Part shown: positions 40,501 to 49,170 of the stretch, piece by piece
Layout: every line of letters starts with the position of its first letter
Position numbering within the stretch: position 1 is the stretch's first letter
DNA from: Lama glama
Taxonomy: Eukaryota
Direction of reading: 5' to 3'
DNA length: 64,000 nucleotides
Assembly: GCA_028534125.1 (NCBI GenBank)
Contig: CM052817.1
Location: 37,264,001 to 37,328,000, forward strand
Notes under the pieces: generated by a model
Told to the model about the DNA's origin: nothing
Seen by the model: the letters and a program-made list of their open reading frames with translations, nothing else
Databases searched by the model: none
Made by a program: the position numbers and the translations under genes

Positions 40501-42960
40501 GTCTTATTCATATGGCATCCCTAGTGTTCAGTGAAGTATTTGAGTCTTCATGGATATTTGCTGAGTAAATGAATGAACAAAAATGGTGCTGCCACTCACT
40601 GCACCAGTTTCACTGGCATGCTGCACTGAAATAATCAATGTCTACAAGTCCTGGGTTAACTTCCCCTAAAGGCTGTCGAGGCTGTGCCACTGCAAGCAGA
40701 AAAGCTGAGCTGTTTCCACACGCCCGCCAAGGGCACAGTGCCCTACCCAGACCCTTGTGCACAACCAACTCCTGGCTTCTGGCAGTGTCTGTCTGCTGTC
40801 TTCTTTCCCCGCCAGTCTGCAGGAGTCACAGGCCATCACTGCCCCTTATCACAACACTTCCTCTCTTAGTATTTCCACCAGAGAACCGAACAATCTCTGC
40901 CATGACTGATTTTCTGTCAGGGAGCTATTTACAGCTTCTCTTGCCCATCAGAAAGATGCATGTCAGGATCCTGGCAATCCTCATAAATTACTGATCGGAG
41001 CTATGAACAGGGACCACAAGGCAGAGGCAAGTATCTGGATCGGCATCTCAGAGTGAGAGCTGGGTCCAACCCTAGAGATCACCCACTGTCTACCAGCCCG
41101 GGGGCTTCAATCTACCAATGAGGAAACTGAGGTCCGGGGATGACACGTGACTTAACTGGGGCCCCCAACAGAGGAGGAGAGGAGGGGACAGACTCCAAGT
41201 CTCCACGAGGCAGAGGCCCATGCCCCTCTTCCGTCCAGGACACCCTTCTAGTCGCTTTCTCCATCTATGATTTCCAAATAAAAACACTCACCTGTGGCTT
41301 GCGTTAAACATCCACTTTCAAGCATTTCCAGGGAAGTAAGAACTCATTAAAGTGATGTTGGCTGAGAGGGGAGGACAGATGAGTTCACTGAATTAAAAAC
41401 GCCTGCCTGACACTCTAATGCCATCACCTTACATAAAGGACTCAACAAGTTGTATGTCAACACACGTCAAAACCAGACACACTCAGGAGACAACTAATCT
41501 ATACTGCTGTATTTACTTACGAAATAACCATTGAACAAATCACATATAATTTCACAGAAAAGGCTAAGACCATATTTTATAACTAAGTCATCTATTACTT
41601 TTATGACTCATCTTACCAAAGAATTTCAGAAATACCAGAGTGAGAGGATAAAATAAAAGCTTGATCAAGACAACTTATTATTAATCTTACTTGATGGCTG
41701 GCAAAAATTTCTCATTTTCTGCCGTACAAAGTATGTTTCCTTAGAACTATTTCTCAGAAAATTCTAACTACAAAAGTAAGGGATCAAACACTGTAAAACA
41801 AAAATGATGGAACTGTTTTCCAAATATCTGGTTAGACAGCACTTTTGTCAAGAATTTCACACATGAGAAGGTAACCAATATACTTAATTAGTGGTTTTAG
41901 CATCCCCTCACTTAATACTTTGCAATGAAATATTAAAGAAAAAAATTAGATAAGCACGTATTTTGAGGGGAAAAGTATGAAATAGATAAAAATTAATAGG
42001 TATATATGTCATCTCTCTCCTACTTCCAAAAAAAAAAATCAAGCTTTATAGTAAAAGATGAAGAGTATCAGTAAAACAGACATGAAAAAAATGAAAAGCC
42101 ACAGAAAAGGAATGAGAAATAAACAAACAAAACCCTCAGTTATTACAATTACTGTATTTGAGTATTAAATTTAGCTCTAGATTTCCTGGAAATTAAAGCC
42201 AAAATGAGAAACAACAGTTTATATAATTCTCTGATAAAAAGAAAGCATGCTGATTCATGAGGAGAATTTATTTATTTTTTTCCTGGAACTGAATTCTAGA
42301 AGGAATTTGTCATCCTTATGTAAGAAAAACTGAACAAATGGATAATGGATTCAATGATGTACTTGTAGAAGCAGCACAAATGTTCCTGGCATGATCTCAA
42401 TAATCAAAACTAAAAAATAACCCTTTCAAGGTAGGTCTAAAGATGTCCATTGACTTTCTACTATTTTTTTTCTCATCCATTTAAAAATGCATGGTCTCAC
42501 TGAAGATGAGGCCGCACATAGGAGATGTCACCTATAAAACACCAAGAGGCGTAGATCAAACACTACTTAACCGCTGGTGCCTCCCGTATGGCAGCAGCAC
42601 AGGGAGTTTCCACTCGGAGAAAGGAGTGAGCAGCTCTCCTGGGTCTTTACAGACAACCGGAGAAGCATGAAAGACATGTCTTAAAGCTCTGTTCCAAATG
42701 CCTTGCAGTTTGTAGACTTCATGTCAATTAATAAAATCTGTCAGAAAGTGCAATAACGTTCTAAGACTCCTTTTGTTATTATTCTGGCTTATTTTGCTTT
42801 GGGAGTTACTGTTTAAAGGGGTCTGGAATGACAACTGTTCATTAAAGTCAAAGAAAATGAATGTATGTCTGCCTACTTAAACATTTCAAGTGAGAAATGG
42901 TAACAATACGCTCACCTTCAGAATCTCTTCAACACAGTGGACTTCACTGGAGTAGGTCTG
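57..42960 (-). CDS. AFF1: AF4/FMR2 family member 1, partial multi-exon CDS (16 exons, 2476 nt; start and stop codons outside the window)
   Basis: Exons join in phase via GT-AG introns into one ORF containing AFF motifs [54 protein letters not shown] and [13 protein letters not shown]. Residues such as [14 protein letters not shown] and [14 protein letters not shown] match recalled AFF1 rather than AFF2/3/4. Confidence 0.97.
860..960 (+). mobile_element. LINE-2 3' end fragment
   Basis: 'ctggaaggcagggaccatt...ccagcacttagcacagcaggtgct' resembles the L2 3' consensus; boundaries approximate. Confidence 0.5.
1553..1591. repeat. (CA)n microsatellite, about 19 units
   Basis: Seen directly. Confidence 0.98.
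2145..2285 (-). CDS. AFF1: AFF1 exon (C)[46 protein letters not shown]
   Basis: Acceptor ttttatgttcatag; donor AAG|gtaatg; 141 nt, phase 2/2. Confidence 0.96.
2736..2807 (-). CDS. AFF1: AFF1 exon (K)[23 protein letters not shown](C)
   Basis: Manual translation; acceptor ttttcctgtag; donor ATG|gtgtgt; 72 nt, phase 2/2. Confidence 0.95.
3401..3537 (-). CDS. AFF1: AFF1 exon [45 protein letters not shown](K)
   Basis: Lies in ORF 3397..3693; acceptor ttcttcgcccacag; donor TAA|gtaagt; 137 nt. Confidence 0.96.
6167..6227 (-). CDS. AFF1: AFF1 exon (K)[20 protein letters not shown]
   Basis: Acceptor ttctctttcag; donor ATG|gtcagt; 61 nt. Confidence 0.95.
6410..6501 (-). CDS. AFF1: AFF1 exon [30 protein letters not shown](K)
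   Basis: Acceptor tttcttaag (AAG type); donor CAA|gtaagg; 92 nt. Confidence 0.94.
7081..7222 (-). mobile_element. tRNA-Ala-derived SINE (vic-1-like)
   Basis: Minus strand reads ggggagggtatagctcagtggtagagtgcatg...gggttcaacctccagtacctcca, then cctaattgcctcccc and an A-rich tail. Near-identical flanks caaaaaagtagatttt (7065) and caaaaaatagatctt (7224) form the TSD. Confidence 0.9.
7385..7643 (-). CDS. AFF1: AFF1 exon (K)[16 protein letters not shown]...GSGSSAEHR
   Basis: Lies in ORF 7346..7660; acceptor gtttcgttccag; donor AGA|gtaagg; 259 nt. Confidence 0.95.
8268..8371 (-). CDS. AFF1: AFF1 exon [34 protein letters not shown](K)
   Basis: Manual translation; acceptor tacactgatag; donor AAA|gtgagt; 104 nt. 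Confidence 0.95.
8795..8866 (+). mobile_element. tRNA-Ala-derived SINE, internally deleted
   Basis: A-box (tacagctcagttgtagagc) and B-box (gggttcaatcccc) are present, the anticodon arm is missing, and a short A tail follows. Confidence 0.8.
8896..9115 (+). mobile_element. LINE-1 3' UTR fragment, starting with (TA)n
   Basis: 'tactgtatggcccagggaactatattcaat...actatacttcaataaaaa' matches the L1 3' end at 52090-52260. Confidence 0.85.
9760..9876. mobile_element. hAT-Charlie MITE remnant (MER3/MER33-like)
   Basis: End 'tggctgctagaaaattttgaattacaaatgtggctcacattgtgtttctattggacagcgcag' resembles the recalled MER3/MER33 terminus. Confidence 0.6.
15775..16689 (-). CDS. AFF1: AFF1 large exon [18 protein letters not shown]...LARKRK (305 codons), including the AF9/ENL-binding motif [14 protein letters not shown] at 15898-15939
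   Basis: ORF 15700..16623 plus 22 upstream codons; acceptor tttcttgtttgtag; donor AAG|gtgagt; 915 nt, phase 0/0. Confidence 0.97.
16860..16941 (-). mobile_element. LINE-1 ORF2 fragment
   Basis: 'catttctgattttatttatttgggccttctctctg...ctggctaaag' is typical antisense L1 ORF2 sequence. Confidence 0.65.
19316..19823 (-). mobile_element. Chimeric retroposed insertion: L1 ORF2 fragment, then non-L1 sequence, AATAAA and A-rich tail
   Basis: TSD aagtttctgtattt (19302-19315) / aagtttgtgtattt (19824-19837); minus-strand AATAAA at 19362-19367; tail 19318-19348; L1-like segment 19745-19822. Confidence 0.6.
19414..19556 (+). mobile_element. tRNA-Ala-derived SINE (vic-1-like)
   Basis: gggggaggatggggctcagtggttgagcccatgcttagcattcacaaggtcctgggttcaattccc, then cctaattacc and an A-rich tail; TSD taaatttta at 19405-19413 and 19557-19565. 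Confidence 0.88.
20958..21103. repeat. Perfect 73-bp tandem duplication (2 copies)
   Basis: 20958-21030 is identical to 21031-21103. Confidence 0.97.
22050..22390. promoter_or_regulatory. Intragenic CpG island over an AFF1 exon and its flanks, containing (TGCGCG)4
   Basis: Dense CpG/GC content relative to AT-rich flanks; regulatory function is inferred only. Confidence 0.55.
22186..22342 (-). CDS. AFF1: AFF1 exon (S)[21 protein letters not shown]...EAPAPE, Ser/acidic-rich region
   Basis: Lies in ORF 21943..22407; acceptor ttgctttgcag; donor GAG|gtaccg; 157 nt. Confidence 0.96.
22642..22844. mobile_element. hAT-Charlie MITE (MER58A-like)
   Basis: Inverted termini taggggttagcaaac / gtttgctgatgcctg; internal 'aataaagttttattagaacac' and 'aaaatatttact'. 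Confidence 0.8.
24417..24454 (-). CDS. AFF1: AFF1 exon [12 protein letters not shown](S)
   Basis: Acceptor gtgaatgcctag; donor AAG|gtaccg; 38 nt. Confidence 0.93.
24580..24634 (-). CDS. AFF1: AFF1 exon (S)[18 protein letters not shown]
   Basis: Acceptor ctttccctgcccattccag; donor CAA|gtaagt; 55 nt. Confidence 0.95.
27560..27710 (-). mobile_element. MIR SINE
   Basis: Core 'cattctaaagatgaggaaacagctcaga...taatttgcctaagctca'; boundaries approximate. Confidence 0.65.
29190..29466 (+). mobile_element. LINE-2 3' end
   Basis: 'cttctgtgaaagacctttcctgacc...ggcacacagcatgtgttcaat...tgaatggatgaatg' including the L2 (TGAA)n-like tail. Confidence 0.7.
33914..33965 (-). CDS. AFF1: AFF1 exon (K)[16 protein letters not shown](S)
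   Basis: Acceptor tttccctcccttacag; donor ATC|gtaagt; 52 nt, phase 1/2. Confidence 0.95.
34398..34900 (-). mobile_element. LINE-2 fragment
   Basis: Begins 'cattcattcaactgctatttacaaactgcctg...' (reverse complement of the L2 tail); boundaries approximate. Confidence 0.55.
36074..36251. mobile_element. hAT-Charlie MITE (MER58-like)
   Basis: Terminus caggggatggcaaactttttctgtaaagg; 8-bp TSD ctctagag (36066-36073) / ccctagag (36252-36259). Confidence 0.8.
37127..37163 (-). CDS. AFF1: AFF1 exon [12 protein letters not shown](K)
   Basis: Acceptor tttttctttctag; donor AAA|gtaagt; 37 nt. Confidence 0.94.
38112..38198 (-). CDS. AFF1: AFF1 exon [29 protein letters not shown] (ALF domain, ELL-binding region)
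   Basis: Lies in ORF 38022..38321; acceptor ctctttccag; donor AAG|gtaact; 87 nt; hallmark AFF motif. Confidence 0.97.
40240..40578 (+). mobile_element. LINE-2 3' part
   Basis: 'cccacctcgaggcctttgcactcactctttcctctgcctg...tatttgctgagtaaatgaatgaa'. Confidence 0.7.
42916..42960 (-). CDS. AFF1: AFF1 exon [15 protein letters not shown]
   Basis: Acceptor ttttcactttcag followed by CAG; donor AAG|gtgagc; 45 nt, phase 0/0. Confidence 0.96.
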
Positions 42961-43540
42961 CTGAAAGTGAAAAGCAGGAAAAAGATCAGCACACGAACCA
43001 AAAAGCAACTACAGAGTTGGTCTTAGTAGACAGATGCTGGTATTAATTAATACAGCAACATTCTTGTAAGTAGAATCACCTCAGGGCCCACCTTTTACCA
43101 GCTATGTATTAGGAACCCCACATTCTGGATGAAAGAAAACCAAAGAGATTAACCTGACTTAAATGGGGAGGAAAGGGTTCCACTGGAGACAACGGCAGAC
43201 TAATTTTGACCCTCAGGTCAGCAGTTTCTGATGGAAAACGTATATATTAAATGAAATTAGTGCATTAGTAAATCTATGGGAATAACAGATACTACAAAAA
43301 TAGAGGCAGAAAGAGGAAATCGGTGGCACAATTTGCTGCTTCATAACAACATATGTCCAGTGAGCCAAGCGAAATGAACACAAAGACGGTGATGAACTGA
43401 ACTTCTTGAGGCCACAGTAAGGAGACCAACATCCAATCAAGGTTAGATTTTTTGGTAATATTCTAACCCACCAAAAATTCATTTTAAAGTTGGCCATCTC
43501 CAGTTCTCATTCAAGGCCAGCACTTTCATCTTTCATAGAG

Positions 43541-43616
43541 GCACACACACATACATGTGTGCACACTCACACACAAGTGTGCACACTCACACACAAGTGT
43601 GCACACTCACACACAA
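43541..43616. repeat. 20-bp minisatellite (gcacactcacacacaagtgt), about 3.8 copies, first copy degenerate
   Basis: Seen directly. Confidence 0.9.
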
Positions 43617-45339
43617 AGCATGTCCCCAGAGAAAGCCCCTAGGGAGAGAGGAGATTACCTAGCACCTTGGAGGAAAGATGCACAGTTTATACTTCTTGCT
43701 TAGCCCCAGCTAAACACATGACAGCTGCCGCTGGTAGTATCATAACCAGTGTTCAAGAAAGTCATCTTACAGTCTTTATTTTTAAACAGAAAAGTTAAAT
43801 ATTTTTAAAAAATTTCACTTTTCCTTAACCAGAGATACGAAACAAATCCCATGACTTCTTGGTTATCAGTGGAAAAGCAACCGTTGCTCTATGTCAATTC
43901 ATGAGCCAAGCGTCCCGGCCAAGTCCTATACAACACACACCCCTCCCACCACTGGCCTGCTGTGAAGAAAGCACTGCTCTTCCCGGTCAGTCCATCCAGT
44001 GCCCGCCTCACAGCCAGCGTGTGCAGATGGGAAAGGATTCTTCTCCCAGCTCCCATTTCTAATTTGAGTTAATTTAATACTGTGCTGGTTGCTAATCTAG
44101 GTTTTATTAATCCAACATTCCCTTCATTCTAGTTCCTCTAAGGAAAAAGGAGAAGAAAGGAAAAGAGCATACAACATTCACACTGTCCTGGAATCGAATC
44201 TAATGGACATTTCAAAATTCAAATGCAATTTGACTTGCCTGGGTCTGGATTTTAAACATGTAAATTTCATAAAGATGGTTTTATTGAAATGCTTGCAGTT
44301 TGTTATTTTTGAGGTAGAGTCTGGAAGTTAGGAGGTATAACCAAACAATCAAGGGTATCCCTTTAATTTGCCAGCCCTATCAGACCCATCTTTGGGCATT
44401 ATGCATGTCAACAACTAGATCTGCTTTCCAGATTTCTGTTTTTCAAGATGATTTAAGGAATGGCTAAAAACTTGACCAAATATTAGAAACCAAACATTTT
44501 AGCACAAATTTCAGAAACAGAAATTAATGCTATTTTGACCTGAGAGTAAAATGTAATTATACCTCATGGTTTCAATTTTTTCACATGCGTCATCAGGAAA
44601 AATAATAATTAGGAGTTGAAAGTGAATCAACAGAACAGCATATGACTATGACTCTGGTCAAATAGTCTCCTCATCCTATCTGCTGCTGGAATGAGAATGG
44701 GAATCCAATTAAAATATTTGCAATCAAGGAAATAGTGAAGCACAGTTGAAATGAGAGCAAAAAAGACTTGTCCACTGCTTCCAACAGAATGATGTCAGAA
44801 ACCTACAACTTCAGGACACTAAAAGACTTTCTGATGTTCGTTATTACTCAAGCTGTCACTTAGCCAAGATGTTGCATGTAACTAAAAGATTCATTATTTT
44901 CCCCTAACATTTTATTACATGAGATGATCCAGGACTATAGAAGTTTTTTCTACAGCTTATTATTTATTAGTATCTGGGTAAGATAAATATTGCTAAATAG
45001 TCACCATTTAACCCATTTAAAATTCTAACCAAGGTCTAAGGTTCAAGCATTAATTGGTTAATGTACTGTGAATTTCCACATCAGGTCCATTATGGAATTA
45101 GGGGTATTTCAAAGGGGTACAGGAATTCCAATCCAAATACACGAGGATATACCTTATTTAAAGATCTCCAGCAGCATTATTTATAATGGCAAGTAACTGG
45201 AAATGATCAAATGCCCAGCAGCAGGCTAAAGATCTTTACCATGCGCCCTACAGCAGTATGTTACACAAACAATACACATACATACCCACGAAGTAATGTA
45301 AATACATGTGCTTGCACAGAAAGATGCTCAAGACATTTC

Positions 45340-45530
45340 CAACTTTTTAATAATTTCATACTTACAGAAAAATAATAGAAGAAATTCCCACAAACCCTTC
45401 ACTCAGATTAGCCAAATGCTGGCTTTCTACCACATTCGCAGTGTGTTTCCACCCCCCTCAGCCCACCTCACACATTTGAGAGCAAGTCAGAGTTAATGCT
45501 CTTTTACTCCTAAATACTTCTGTGTGTACC
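45340..45530 (-). mobile_element. Old LINE-1 3' end (L1MC-like)
   Basis: 'aatttcatacttacagaaaa...cccttcactcagatt...actcctaaatacttc' resembles a recalled L1MC 3' end. Confidence 0.5.
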
Positions 45531-46544
45531 AAGACACGCTTTAAAGCTTTATTTAAGAGACGAGAGATTGCAAGATAGTCTCTACAGCTGAGTCCATCTT
45601 ATGTTCCGTCCACCCAAGGCTCTTGCCTGCACTCTTCCCTGGCCCAAATTAGAGATTCTCAAACTAAGGTACAGTAGGCATTTCAGCTGTGTTTGCAAAG
45701 AAGTATCTGTAAGGACAGGCTGCCTTGTTTTAAAAAGTACAACTTGGCACCTCCAAGTCTGCCACTGGAAGGAGACATTCCAAAAAGGGAGGCGTAGTTC
45801 AACAAACCATTATGTCTTAATCCCTTCCCTTAAAATCTGCTTTCCCCACAGGGTCTCCAGCTGAGCAGTGCTGCTCCTGCTCAGGGAAGCCAGGCTCTCC
45901 CTTTAACACTGTGGCCAAAGAGTAAATAATCAGTCTCTCAGAAGCACAGCCAAGTTACGGCTAAAGATCTTAGGTAAGACTTCCTCAAAGAACAAGAGAT
46001 GGGGAAAAAAAAAAAAAGGCAACAGCAAAAATCTATGCTAACGGCATGAATCTAGTCTGCAGGTCCTTCCCTGTCTAGCTTTCCTTCAGTGGCAGAGACA
46101 CTGACTTTGGCACGTGCAACCACAGATGTCACTGCTGTCTCCCCTCCTCAGTACCTAGGCTCCTAGAAGAGGCCAACTCAGACACCTCTCAGATCTGGTA
46201 TCCTGTATACAGACACACCTCCCGGCGGAGCCCTCACCTGCCCGCTGTGCAATATGGCCGTAACACAAGAACCATCCATCTATTCAATTAAAAAAAGTAT
46301 TAAATACACACTGCACTTGATAATTGCATTAAGCTCTTTACATACTATTATTTCCTCCATTTGAGGAAACTGTAAAATGCGCCATCATTAGCTTGGCAGA
46401 GGGGAAAGCTTAGGATACTAAATGTACCGTCAACCGTCGACACATCTCTCACCATAGAAGCTGCAAAATAATACAAAAATCTTAGGGAATTTTGTATAAT
46501 GCTCCATTTCTCACATCAGTCTCTGTGGTATTACCCCAGTTTTT

Positions 46545-46772
46545 TTTCAAACCTTTTTTTCAATTGAAGTACAGTTGATTTACCATGTTGTATTAATTTC
46601 TACTGTATACCATAATGATTCAGTCATACATATAAATATATACTTTTTCATATTCTTTTTCATTACAGGTCACTACGAGCCATTGAATACAGTTCCCTGT
46701 GGTATATGGTAGGGCCTTGTTGTTTAGCTATTCTGTACATAGTAGTTTGTATCTGCCAGTCCCAAACTCCCA
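46545..46772 (-). mobile_element. LINE-1 3' end, 5'-truncated, inserted in a MIR
   Basis: T-tail then 'ttgaagtacagttgatttac...cagttccctgtggtata'; TSD gtattaccccagttttt (46528) / gtattattccagttttt (46773). Confidence 0.85.
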
Positions 46773-48229
46773 GTATTATTCCAGTTTTTAAAATGAGACT
46801 AAATTCTAAAGAAATTAAGTTACATGCCCAAGGATACACAATGCTCTCAAGTGACTGAGCCTCACTTCATAATACTGCTACACTACCTTTCCAAAAACCT
46901 CACCCTTCAGGCAAGAGACTAATGTATTAGTATTTAAAGGGGGGATATGATCCTAGTTGTCATGTGCATGACCAAAAACATTTTTTTTAGAGATTGGAAG
47001 TTTTCCTCATGTTCGTATGAAGAAGCTGTTCAGACTTGAGTGCCCCTTACTACTATGGGGACTTCAGACCAGAAAAGGCAGCAATGCTGGCCTCCGTCTG
47101 CATTTCTCTCTCCTGGAATGACACTGTGTAATCCTAAGAAAATGCACGGATACCAAAATAAAATACATTCGTCCGTGTCTTCTAAGCATGACACAGTTTG
47201 TTTTAATAAGCTAAAAAGAGCCAGACAGAAGAAATATACCTCACCACTGAGACCAGGAGGCTCTGGCAACACTGTGTGTTAAGTCTCTCAAGTTTCAACA
47301 GAACAGCACTTTTCTAACAATGCTATTCTCAAAAAGGCTCAGTTATCACTAACCAGGACTGCAGGGAGCACGAGGGCGGCGTGCTGATGGGGGAAGCCAA
47401 AAGATCTTGGATCCCCGTTCTGGCTCCGCTGAGGACTGGCTCTTGCAACGCTGGACAAGATTCAGCTTCTTTGGGGCTACTCCTCGTGGCAATAAAGGGA
47501 TAGCATTACCAACCCTAACTGCTTCATACGGTGGGCATGAAGGTCAAAGGTGAAACTGTAAGAACTTTCAGGAGGCATCCGGGGCCAACATGATCAAGGC
47601 AGTCTTCACTGGTGTGACAGCTTCTAAAGTTTAAAAAAATTAAAAACAAATGCCAGTGCTATTTTTCTTCAAGTATATGTCACCTTTCGGGTTACGGTTC
47701 AGTCTGCAGTATCTACTGGCAGTATCACCTATCCCTGACTAGCTGGGAAGTCACATTCTTCCTGCCCCACCTGGAACCTGTTTCCCTCTCCCATTCAGGT
47801 CGGGATAACTCCTACTCAGACTTTGGGTTGCAGTAAATTAAAGACCATCTTTTGGAAAACATTCCTTGATTCCCTCACTCCCAAAACTGTCCAAGCACCT
47901 CATGTCACACCACCTCTGCTGCTTCCAGGTTACAGTTCCAGGAGGCAGGGGCCAGCTCTACCTTGCTGAATCCCCAAGCACACACACCGCCTGCCACACA
48001 GAGGCAACCACGATACATTTGCTGGTACAGTTTGCAGTCTTGGAACTCAGAATATGGAAATAAATTTCCAATGTTTAGAGCTTGCAAGGCTTACTAAACA
48101 CTGTAGTTTGTCTGAATTATAAGCCAACATCTTAATTAACAGCCTACACAGAAATCAACACACCAGGGACAGAAAGGAAATTGTTTTGCATTGTTTTCTC
48201 CTTTAAAAACATTAAGACTATTCTTAGCA

Positions 48230-49170
48230 CCTATTTTTCACATATCAGATTGGCAAGACAAAAAAAGAAAGACTGACAATACCGCATGTATGAGATAGAT
48301 GTGGGAAACCTGGCGCTCAAATACCGTGGTTGGCGGAAGGACACAGCAGTACAACCTCTGGAGACAGCAATCTGACAAGAGTCACCAAATTGTAACTTCT
48401 CAAACTCCGACCCGGCCACTTGACCTCTAGCACCAATTATTCCTACGTGTACAAAAAGACATATGCACAAAGCGATTCACTCCAGCCTAGTTTGCAAGTT
48501 AAGTAGTAAGATATTGGAAAAAATCTAAACGCCTACCTGGAGGTAACTGGCTAAGAAAACTGATGCACGCCCCTTACACAGAACTACTACCGGCGGGTGG
48601 GAAGGGATAGACTGGGATTTCAAAACGTAGAATAAACAAGATTATACTGTATAGCACAGGGAAATACATACAAGATCTTATGGCAGCTCACAGAGAAAAA
48701 AAATGTGACAATGAATTATATATATGTTCATGTATAACTGAAAAATTGTGCTCTACACTGGAATTTGACACAACATTGTAAAATGATTATAAATCAATAA
48801 AAAATGTTAAAAAAGAAAAAAAAAAGAACTACTACGCAGCCTGACAAAGAATGAGGGTGCTTTTCACACACTGATCTGGGTAATCTCCAAGATACATTGT
48901 TATGAGGAAGGGAGGAAAAACCAGGTGCAGCATATGCCAGGATGTGGATAAATGAAAAGGTGATGTCAGAAAAGCACATGGTTGTCGAGTTAATGATGCA
49001 TAAATACCACTGGGAATAACACAAGAAACCTGTAACATCAATTACTTCTAGAAACAAAAACTAAGTGGCTGGCGGGTTAGAGTAATGAGAAAATTTTCAC
49101 TGTGTATCTTTTCCCCTTTTAAATTCTGCATTACGAAATCTATTATCTATTCATAAAAGCACAAAAATTA
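48230..49170 (+). mobile_element. Old LINE-1 (L1ME-like) 3' region, interrupted by a young L1
   Basis: Degenerate L1 ORF2 end/3' UTR motifs ('atcagattggcaa', 'tacaacctctggagacagcaatctgaca', 'atctccaagatacattgtta'); boundaries approximate. Confidence 0.6.
48591..48824 (+). mobile_element. Young LINE-1 3' end, 5'-truncated
   Basis: 'tactgtatagcacagggaaatac...aatcaataaaaaatgttaaaaaa' plus A tail; perfect TSD agaactactac at 48580-48590 and 48825-48835. Confidence 0.92.
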
